Shown here: positions 18,770 through 31,489 of the stretch, in pieces
How positions within the stretch are numbered: position 1 is the stretch's first letter
How the letters are laid out: every line of letters starts with the position of its first letter
Assembly (NCBI RefSeq): GCF_009914755.1
Contig: NC_060926.1
From: the human T2T-CHM13v2.0 reference genome, Homo sapiens
Length of the DNA: 64,000 nucleotides
Reading direction: 5' to 3' (one strand)
Position numbers and translations under genes: made by a program
The notes under the pieces: model-generated
Seen by the model: only the letters and a program-made list of their open reading frames with translations
The model's database searches: none
What the model was told of the DNA's origin: nothing

Positions 18770-19900
18770 GCAGTCACTTTTTTGGTGGCATATGAAAGAT
18801 GTAGAGCGGTGTTTCTCTGAGGTCTGAATGGTGTGAGTTATGTGAGCAGATGTTTGAGGTTATGGGTTGTGCTGTGCTAGTGCTGAGTACCAGATCTTGA
18901 GTGACAGAAGAACCCTCTAAAGTGTGGGATTCAGGGAGCCACCTCTCTTGTCCGGGTCTGAGAGGACTAGAGTGGCAGGGCTGGAGAAGCCACCTGCTCC
19001 TAAACGCTAAAGAATAAGAGACATTGAGAAAAAAGTTGAATGCCAAAGGCCCATCAAGACTGAACCCTGAAGCAAAAAATCGAGTCTTCTCACAAGATAA
19101 TGGCTTCAAGCTGCCACTAACTGGAAAAAGAGAAAGAGAAAGAGGCCTGGGAGTGAGAAAGAGGCTAATGTCGTGAACCTTACTTGATGTGTTTGGAAAG
19201 ATATATCTAGGAACAAATGGTGCGTGTGCCTACTGGCTCATGAAACTGACCTGAAGCAAATAAATTTTAAGCCAATTGAGCTTTTGAGAAAGTTATATTG
19301 CAGAAGAAACCATGAGCCTGTGCTAAAAAGCCTTTAAGAGATTGAAACAATCCCTGCCTCCCAAATTTGCAGAGGCAGGAAGTAGGCTGTGAAATCTTGA
19401 GGCTCCCAAGTAAGGCATAATCTCCAATGCCCACCACAGATGTGACCGAGGAGGATAATGAACATGGAAGAACCACCAGAGGGGTGACCCAGGGGACACA
19501 AACGAAAAGGAATTCCACTAACGAGTGGAAACAGGTCTAATCAAGGAAATTCTCCAGCTGCCTCACAATGCCTGTCCTATCAGATTTCATAATTGCTACT
19601 GACCAATGATTGCTGTGTGTCCTCCACCCGTCCTTTTTACGAAGGAAAGTTTCTGTTGTAGTTATCTTGACCTTGATATGTAGTGATATAGCAGGGAGTG
19701 CTGAGGAATCCCAGGGAAGAAACCATGTTCACTCAAGACTGCTCTCCCTCCACAGTGTGGAGATACTGCTGGGGAGCCCTGCAGTCCCCATGCCAGTGAG
19801 TAGAGTCTTACCGGGATCATTCTTTCCGGGCTCTGGCTTTATAATGGAAGCCCAGTATCAGCCTCTCACTTGCAACCCTGACTCCTCTCCTCACCTGACT
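18770..19900. mobile_element. Old LTR-class insertion (family uncertain)
   Basis: GC- and purine-richer block interrupting AT-rich unique sequence. Confidence 0.35.
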
Positions 19901-20989
19901 GTAAGGTATATTAAAAGTCTGGTATATAAGGACAGGTGAGCTCCAGAAGACATCTAACTGCAAATCCAACATTCTGCTGTGGCATCCTCTTTATTTATAA
20001 CACCCTTCTTGCTCTGTAACACAGATGCATATGAAATATTTTAAATATTCTCTATGCCATTTTTACATATTGGAGGAGATAGAGTTGTATTCCACATTTG
20101 CTCTGTCTGCCATCCCGAAGCTCTAAACAATAGCAAACTTGCAAAATGAGAATTCCAAAGTTCCAAAAAATAGATGTTGAATTAAATTATTGGGAAAGAA
20201 GAGACATTAGTTTTATTTATTTTTCTTTTAAATTATATTTATTTCATCTTATCCTATGTACCTTTTGCCATAGTTGTAATTAGAACATAAATCATAATTT
20301 TAATGCTTGCATAATATTCATTGAGTTCCCATGCAATATTTTTGTAGTGAATTTCTTAGTGGCTAGGATAATATAATGCTTATTATTCATCAACTAGAAC
20401 ATAAATATAATCTACTAATTTATCATTATATAGCTCTGACCTTAAGTTCTTAAAAAATGTTTCTTAATCTTATTTCTTTTCTTCTAAATATAATTTCTCT
20501 AATAGGTTTTCCATTTAGAAGATACAACTTTTATTCTTCCACTTTTAGAAAGAAGTTCTGCTATATTTTGAAGGTGAGATGCTTAAATTGGGTCCATTTT
20601 GGTTATTTTGGTTTGATCTGCAGGAGTATGATGTGGTACCAGATTGATAATCTTTTCTTTGTTCAAAGGAGTGTTTCTATTTCACTCAAATGAAGAACAC
20701 AGAATCTCAGAAGCTTATTGAGTATGAGAAAAACTGGCCAGCAATAGCATTTTAGGATACAAAAGCACTAGCCACTTGTTTCAGACATTAGTCAATGAAA
20801 TCTACTCTTGGTATAAAGATTTGCTGATCTTTAAGTTTTTGAACAGCCTCAAGAGAAGTAACACACAGAAATTTGGTCATGGTATTTTTTAAAGCAGGCT
20901 GCTATGAGAAAAACTGGCAATAGGCTACATTCAGTATAGTTTTAGTAAAAATTATTTGTTTTTTAAATCTAGCATTGCTGAATATTTTT

Positions 20990-21222
<233 letters not shown>

Positions 21223-21890
21223 AAAACTTGATTTTAAATTATGAAACATATATAGAGAAAATTAGGTGAAGCGAAAGTACTGAGTGGGAGGATGTGTATG
21301 CAATCAGCTTTACAAGGTGTTGCAAAGTCACTCTTCAAAGTCACTGCACAAGTTTATGCTGCCCCCAGCAATGCATGGGAGTTCCAGTTTTCTCACATCC
21401 TCCTCACATCCTACTTGGTCACATCTGATTTATTTATTTTTCTAATGTGGTAAGTCATTTTTAACTCATTTTGCTTTAATGTACATTTCTCCAGTTATTA
21501 GTGAGGTTGAACATTTGAAAACATACTCTATTTATCAGCTGTTTGGGTTTCCTTTTCCATTTGTCTTTTTGGTCCTTTATCTATTTTGTTTTATTGGAGT
21601 ATTTGCCATTTCATGTTAATTTATAGGAGCTCTTTAAAGAGAATATTATTTATATCTCTTTAAATTTTAAAAATGTCTTTTATATTGACCTTCATTTTTA
21701 ACCATTCCTGGAAATTTTTATTTCTTTTTGTCAATCCAAGTTCATTTCTGCTATCATATTTCTTCTTCCTGAAGAACTTCCTTGACATTCTTGTAGTGCA
21801 ACTCTGCTGGTAACAAATTCTTTCAGTATTTCCTTGCCTAATAGAGTATTTATTTTCCTTTCATTTTGAAAGGTTTTTTTTTTGATATAG

Positions 21891-22568
<678 letters not shown>

Positions 22569-23306
22569 TCCATTGCCTTCTGGCTTGCTTCAGTTTTGGA
22601 CAAGAAATCTGCTGTTATATCATCATTTTCCTTTGTACGTAATTTTTTTCTGGTTGTTTTCAAAATTTATATTTAATTTTCAACAGTTTATGTATGATGT
22701 GTCTAGGCATGGCTTTTAAAAATTTATCTTCTTGGATTTCCCTAAGCTTCTTAGATTTTGTCGTTCAATGTTGTTCATATTTTAAAAAAATTCTTAGCCA
22801 TTATCTCTTCAAATAACATGTTTGCCAAGTTCTCAATATGATATTGTTCCATAGATCTTGGATGCTGTGTTCCATTTTTTTTCTTTCTTTTTTCACTTTG
22901 TATTTCACTTTGGGTAATTTCCATGTACTTATCTTCAAGTTTATTGATTTTTTCCTTGGCTGTATTGAGTCTACTGATAAGCATGTTGAAGGCATTCTTG
23001 ATTTATGTTACTGTGTTATTTCTAGCATTTCCCATGGACTTGTTCTTATCCTTTCACTTTTCTGCTAAAATTCCCCCATCAGTTCCTATATATTGCCCAA
23101 TTTTTCCACTAGAGCCTTTAACATGTTAATTGTAGTTATTTTAAATTCTCTGTCTGTTTGGGTCATCTTTGAGTCTGATTGTTGTTAGCTTTGTATTTTG
23201 ACGGTGGATTTTTTTGGGTATATATTTCATACTTTTTATTGAAATTGTGATTCCATGAACAGATAACCCAGCTATGCCAGACTTGTGTAGGACAACTGTA
23301 TTGTGA

Positions 23307-23872
<566 letters not shown>

Positions 23873-23879
23873 CTGTGAG

Positions 23880-24460
23880 TGTTCTTTTTAATGTTCGGTA
23901 TATTATGATGTTTTGACATCTTAAAAACAAAACTAAATGAAAAAGAACCTTTCTAGCTGGGGAATGACTGCCCCTCCTGGGGTTAGCCAAGTCTTATGCA
24001 TAGCAAGGGCTCAGCCAGGAGTATGCCTTTGATCTGCAAACTGACCAATCCAGAGACTCCATGCCGCCTCTAGCAGGCCTGTACACCACAGGAGACAATA
24101 TTCCTCTGCCTTAGTCATCCCAGGGCCAGGTACCAGGCAACTAGGCGCCGCTCCTATAGTTTAAGTCTCTCTGAAATTATTCAAACAAGCCAGTTCTAAG
24201 CTGTTCACCCTGCCCTGCCTTGCCTTTCCCATGGAAACCCCAATAAAGGCTCTGGCCTAGTGTGTTCCTCTTGCTCCTGTCTTTTGCCTCCTGACCACCT
24301 GGTGTCTTTACTGTGACCCTGCATGGAATGATGTGCCTCCTGTCTCTAGGTCCTGTGAATATAATTCACTTTGGTCTTGTCCCACCCACCCCCATCCTTT
24401 CTGTGTGTCTCCTCTTGTGGCTACACTTGACGGGCCATATTATCAAAGAATACAAAACAA
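23880..24460 (+). mobile_element. Solo LTR (LTR47-like, uncertain)
   Basis: TG...CA ends, internal AATAAA at ~24242, gactgcccctcctgggg..agccaa motif. Confidence 0.55.
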
Positions 24461-25848
24461 TAGTACAGACAGGTAAATGTTTATGCCTAGAAATGGGCAT
24501 AGCTCTTATTCTGCTAGACCATCAGTGTGGGGGTTTGAGTTAACCCAGCCAGGAGTTGAGCTGGTTTTGCTGCTGCTGTGGTTAACCTTCAGTGTACTAC
24601 CAGGTTCAAATTCCCCTGGCATAATCTGCTGTGGGCTAAGTGGACTGGGGTTTTTGTTTATGTTCCTAATCTACCTTCAACTTCAAGCTGCTGTGCTTTT
24701 GTGTCTCTGAAAGGGTCTCTTTCTAGGCTCATGCCTTCACCCACACGTAGATGAGTTTTCGTAACTGGGTGATTGCTAGCCTGGCAGTGGAGGTTGGGTG
24801 GGTTTGATTCTTGTCCTAGTCTAGCCTCAGTTTTGGGCAGGCACTGCGTTGGGGTGGGGCTTTCTCAAATATCCTGCCCCTTTTCCAGTAGCAGGAAAGT
24901 GTGGATGATCTGGACTCAGGATCATTTCTTGCTACTCCTCTAGGCATAGAGGATTTTTCCTGTTTCCTTCCACTTCCCCTGTGCCCTGGGATAACATGGC
25001 TTGTTGCCCTTTTCCAGAGGAGCTTAAGATGTTTTGTTTCTTTCCTATAGGGGAGAAGGTCTGGGTGGAGCTTGGAGCTTCCCCTAACAGTTTTCCCTCA
25101 GGGCCTGCACCACTGACAGTGGTTTCCTCAAGTCTCCCACTTGCCCCCAGACTTCGTTGTGAGGGGCTGATGGAGGCTTGTGCAGAACAGCCTGCAAGTG
25201 GGTGTAAATCTCTTTATAAAGTCAGTGGCTTCCAGGGGTTGCAGGATCCCATCCTTGGCCTTAGCAATTTGCTTAAAGTGTTAGCCGAGTTCTTTCTACC
25301 CATTTGTGTGGCTACCCCGTCTCCCCACACCCCACAGCTCCCATACCCTCCTCTTGGTAGGCCAGTGCTGCTGGTTTACCTGTCTTCCTTAGATTTCATG
25401 CTACTTATTTGCTTTGCAATTGCAGCTCTCTGATGGTTCAGGGAGATTTTTGACTTTGCAGATTATCTGGCTTTTTCTTCTTAGGGTGAAGGTAACACTT
25501 TCTAGCTTTCGCCACCCTGCCTGAAGGCCCTGTATTCTGGGTATTAGTGCATTTTTAATTAATGGGTTGAAAGTGTCTCTTAGTCTGTGATTTTCCCTTT
25601 TCTCTTTGTTTATGGTATCTTTAATTGGTCAGAAGTTTAAATTTTTAATACAGTAAAATTAATAAAACTTGTCCTTTACTGTTTTTACTTTTTGCATCTT
25701 ATTTTTTAAATGGGTTCCCACCCCAATTTATAGTTACTCTCTCTTAAATATTTTTCTAAAAGTAAATTCTAAAAGAATTAATTTTTGTGATTGATGCAAA
25801 GATGGGAGTTAATTTTACCTTTTTCAATATAGCTAGGCAATCACGTTC

Positions 25849-26480
25849 TGTGATGAACAAAACGCTAAGATGGCCCCCAAGAGTTCTGTCCCCTGGTGTC
25901 CAGACGCTGGAATCTCCTCTTCTTGAGTGTGAGACTTGAGAATATGATGGGATATTACTTTGTGATTATGTTACCTAATTGGCAGAGGGGATTTTTGCAT
26001 ACATAAGTATGGTTCCTAATTAGTTTACCTGTAGTTTCTCAAAAATCTAGATTAACCTGGGTAAGCTTGACCTAATCAGATGAGCCCTTAAATGATGTTA
26101 GATTCAAAGTCAATGAGATTCTCTTACTGGCTTTGTGGGAGCAAACCACCATGTTATGAAGAGGAACACATGCTGGATACTGATGGGTGCTGAAAACAAT
26201 CTCCAGTTGACAGCCAGCAAGAAAGCAGTGATCTTTGTTCTACAACTGTAAGGAACAGAATTCTGCCAACACCCAGTGAACTTGGAAGAGAATCTGGAGC
26301 CTGAAGTGAGACTGCAGGCCCAGCCAACACCTTAATTTTGGCCTTGTGAGACACTGAACGAAGAAGCCAGCTATGCCATGCCCAGCCTTCTGACCTAAAA
26401 AAAACTGTAACATAATGAATGAGTGTTGTTTTAAGCTAGTAAGTTTGTGGTGACTTGCTATACAAATAGAAAACTAATAT
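25849..26480 (+). mobile_element. MLT1 (E/F-like) LTR
   Basis: ctaagatggccccc..gacagccagcaagaaa..gtgttgttttaagc..agaaaactaata. Confidence 0.85.
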
Positions 26481-26683
26481 ATATATAGATAACTGATAAA
26501 CACAGATAGAACACTAATACATCTTTTCCTCAGTGATTTTTAATGCCAGTCTTCTCTTACATCCAGCATCCAGTTATCGTGTGTGTGTGTGTCTATTTCT
26601 GGGATCTCTATTCTCTGTTTTGTTTGCCCTTCCAATGCTCTAACTTTAACTATCTGGATATATGGTGGGGTAAGTTGGTTTGA

Positions 26684-27059
<376 letters not shown>

Positions 27060-27907
27060 TAGGATGAACATGCCAAGTTCCACATAAAATTCTACTAATA
27101 TTTTGGTAGAAATTATTAATATAAAGAATTTATACATTAATTTGGGAAAAACTGGTATCTGAACAATACTTAACTCTTCTAATCCATAGACATGTTATAT
27201 CTCTTTATTTTAAGGTATTTTATAATTTTCTCATACAAATTCTGTTAATTTTATTTTTAGATCCCTTATAGTTTTAGATTCTATTATAAATATTATATTT
27301 TAAATTAGAATTCATTTTTAGAATTTAAAACAGGAAAAACAATAAATTATATACTCATAATTCAACTCTCCATATTTAGCTATAACATTTTATTTATCCC
27401 TAGTCTTTTTTTTAAAACTTTTTATCTTGAAAAATTTCAAACATACAGAAAAGCTGAGAAAATAGCACCATGGACATATATACATTCCTTCAACATTCAA
27501 TAATTATTAATACTTTCTAATATTTACTTTCTTTTTTCTGAAATATTAGAAAGTAATTTAGGGACATAATAATACTTTAACCCAAACATTTCATCATGAA
27601 TATCCTAAGAATAAGGAGATTCTCTTATACAACCCAATACATGGTATGTTGACTTCCACTTTGGGAAAATATGGAGTAAGAGGAACATGATTGATACTCC
27701 CACCTTAAACAACTAGCAAATTGGACAAAACATATAAAATAATGTCTTTTAGATGTTGGACAACAGGCACTGCTGGGCTGTGGCTCCTGACAGAAGGGAA
27801 ACATAAAGCGAGCCTCAAGGTCAGTGTTTCCAGGGTGCAGCAACTGGGCCGGGAAACACAGAGCCATGTTTCCTGAGCTAGGGAAACACAGCAGAGCATG
27901 GGGAAGT

Positions 27908-28407
27908 AAAGTAGATAGAATAATGGCCCTCAAAGATGTTCATATACGAATCCCCCAAATCTGTAAATATGATATTATCTGGCAACGTGAAAAATAAGGT
28001 TGAAAGTAGAATGAAGTCTGCTTATCAGCTGTCCTAAATTTGCTACTGGACAGGGAAGAGTATCCTGGATTATCCATGTGAGCCAATGTAGCCACCACTG
28101 TCTTTATACATGGAAGAGAGAGGCAGAGGGGCAGGGAGATTTGAAGATGCTACACTGCTGGCTTTGAAGAAGGAGAAATGGGACCATGAGCAAAGGGAGT
28201 GGGCAGCCTCTAGAAACTGGAGAAACCAAGGAAATGGATTCTTCCCCAGAGCCTCCAGAAGGAACACAGACTTGCTGCCACCTTGCTTTTAGTCCAGTGA
28301 GGCCCATTTTGGATCTGACCCCCAGGGCTGTAAGATAATAAATTTGTGTTGTTTTAATCCACTAAATTGTGGTGATTTGCTACAGCAGAAATAGAAAACT
28401 AAAACAG
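27908..28407 (+). mobile_element. MLT1C/D-like LTR
   Basis: gaataatggccctcaaagatg..gagcctccagaaggaac..tacagcagaaatagaaaactaa. Confidence 0.85.
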
Positions 28408-29523
28408 AAAGTGATGTATATTAGCACTAGAGATGAGGGATCTCCAGAGATCTGCAGGAGAGACTCCTTGACTCTTTGGCTGAGTACTGATTTGTGAATG
28501 TAAGTCAATTAGAAAGTAAATTAGAGACACTATAGCACTCTACCCAAGGCTGGAGAAAGAAGTACACAGAACAATTTTCTGAGATCTCATTTAAGGAAGA
28601 AATACTTCCTGAATCTCATTTAAGGAAGAAATAATGCAAAATCTTCATAAACTTTCTCAAAAACCAAAGAGGAGGAAACACTTCCTGACTGATTTTATGA
28701 AGCCAGAATTACCCTGATACCCCTACCTTATAAGAAAACTACATAGCAATAACCCTCATGAGCTGATGTATGCAAAAATCCTTAGTCAAATTTTAACAAC
28801 TAGAATTTTCACACACTGCTGGTGGGCATGTAAAATGGTACACACACTTTGGAAAACAGTTTGGCAGTTTCTTATGAATATACACTTGCCATAGGATCTA
28901 AGATTCCCAATCCTAGGTATTTACCCAAAAGACAGAAAAACATGGTCATGCAATAACTTTTACTCAAATGCTCATAGCAGCTTTATTCATTGCCATCAAA
29001 AACCTAGTTACCATCTAAATACTCATCAAGGGTGAATGGATATACATATTGTGATATAACCATACAGTGGAATACCACTGAACAATAAAAATAACCAAAC
29101 TGTCATAGTCTGGTTTGGGTGTTAATGTTTCAGTCTGATTTAGGTGTTAAGCTCATAAAATGAGTTGGTGAGATTTTTTTCTGCCCATCCTCTGTAAAGT
29201 TATATATTATTTTTAAGTGATTTTGTAATAACTTCCCTATAAAGCCTCTAGAAGTAGATGCTTGTCTCTCTCATTTTGTTTTTTGATATTTAATCACCAA
29301 TTACATTTCTTGATTGTTTACAGATCTATTTGGTTTTCTAACTTTTACAGAGTCATCTTGGATAAATGACATTTTCTAAGAAATTATCTTTTTATCAAAT
29401 ATTAAATTATTCCTATAGAGTTGTCTTTTAAGTCTGTGCTGAATTAATCCCCTTTTTATACCTAACTTTTTTTTAACCTGTTTTGGTTATAATTTTATAT
29501 TTTAATTTTTTGTAGAGAAAGGG

Positions 29524-30074
29524 TGTTAGGTTCAAGTCCAGGTTCCAGCCCATGCTGAGGTCCAAAGGGAGTGGGTGGATGAATGGGAGATAGCTGAGAG
29601 AACACTCAGCAGCAGGAAGTGGGGGGAGCCACAGGTAGGTGAAATACAGCTTTATTCAGCAGCTCTCTTACACTGTCTGTCTCTGTTGCTTGCTCTAACT
29701 CTGCAGTTCTTGTCGCTCCCACACACAGCTGCACTCTCCTGCTCGCTCTGCCTTCAGGGTCACCAGCTTAACTCTTTCCCTCTGGGTGTAAGCAAGCCGA
29801 GCTGTGTCCTGGCTCCCTCTTGCCAGTCTGCAAGACAGACATCTCTGGCTTTCTCTCTCTTTCTCTGGGCACGAGCGCCTGAACAGTGTCAGCAGGGCAA
29901 TTATACCTTTTACAGACAATAGTAGCGTAAAGCCCAGTGATGACCTTCCCGTGTTATGTACATAGCTGTGTTTACATTATACATGGAATTGTGCGCCTGC
30001 GTTCCAATCCTGCTAAGTCATACAGGATGTTTACCTCAGCCTATCCTTGACCTAAGCACATCCATTACCTTACA
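29524..30074 (-). mobile_element. LTR18-family (HERVL18) solo LTR
   Basis: Minus strand begins TGTAAGGTAATGGATGTGCTTAGGTCAAGG; TG..CA termini; 5-bp TSD (a/t)aggg. Confidence 0.8.
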
Positions 30075-30347
30075 TAGGGTCTCACTCTGTCACCCAGACT
30101 GGAGTGCAGTGGTATGATCATAGCTTGCCGTAGCCTTGAACTCCCAGGGTCAAGCAATCCTCCTATCTCAGCCTCCTGAGTTGCTGGCACAATAGGCATG
30201 TGCCACTATGCCCAGCTATTTTTTTTATTTTTTATAGAGAGAGGTTCTATGTTGCCCAGGCTAGTCTTGAACTCCTAGGCTCAAGTCATCCTTCCACCTT
30301 AGCCTACCATAGTGCTGGGATTACATATGTGAGTCATCACACCTGGC
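30075..30347 (-). mobile_element. AluJ whose tail (~29490-29523) is separated by the LTR18
   Basis: ttttgtagagaaaggg | LTR | tagggtctcactctgtcacccag. Confidence 0.88.
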
Positions 30348-31097
30348 AAGAGGAAAATCTTAAAAAAGAGGCTAAAACTTTTAAATTGTAAGTGATTTTA
30401 AATTATACATGCCTATGCACTTATAACAGGCATACCAATATATTTTGTGCAAGTGTTTAAATTATTGATCAAACTCATTTTCAAAAATAGCTACTTTTGG
30501 GGCACGTATAAAAGCTTCTACAGATAGTAATAAAAATAACAATGGTAGCATACATTCTTTTTAAAATGTTATCTGATGTTTCTTTGTCACAGATATACTC
30601 CAGTCCATAAAGAATTGAAGTTTTATTTGAATTGGACTTAAATGCCATAAAAAAGATCTGAAGAGTCTTGTTTGCAGTATGTTAATGTAGGCGGCTGACG
30701 TGGTTGTTTATGATTCAGCATATTACCTCATGGTGTTGAAAGTGCTCTCAGAAACCACCACCTGAGCTGAATAATTTAAGATGTAATGTAGAAGGTATTT
30801 CCCTAATAATTTAGCCATGGGAGGAAGTCAATGTTTATCTGTTGAATTATTTTTTAAATGTCCTAATTAATTACAATAGAATAGTTATATTATCTAACTC
30901 ACTTTATTCAAATTGATGTTATTTAATTAGACACTATGAAAATGAATTTTAATAAGCATACCTCCTAAAAATGGACCTAGGAACTAGCCACATGTTTAAA
31001 TTACATAGAGATAAAAAACTAGTAGAAAAAAATCATTCAGTAAAATAGGTAATACAGTATTAACGATAATGCAAAGTTGGTTTAAGATAATGGCATT

Positions 31098-31393
<296 letters not shown>

Positions 31394-31489
31394 TCATAAA
31401 CATCATATAATGTATTTGCTTCATGAGAAACTCCTAATAGACAATGCTACCATCTTAAATTCTGCTAAATAAATAACATTAAAAATTTG

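Noticed and set aside
20060-20090. FLHIGGDRV resembling the GH20 hexosaminidase HxGGDE motif, with LIEYE at 20714
   Set aside because: The motifs are in the wrong order for HEXD-type enzymes, and the flanks fit the chitin synthase series better.
20723-20918. Exact 16-bp direct repeat TATGAGAAAAACTGGC, 180 bp apart
   Set aside because: Only two copies, with no poly-A or element between them, so neither a CRISPR-like array nor a clear TSD. Both copies fall in the pseudo-exon and may be chance or local conversion.
28584-28633. Direct repeat atctcatttaaggaagaaata
   Set aside because: Small local duplication inside an old L1; no functional indication.
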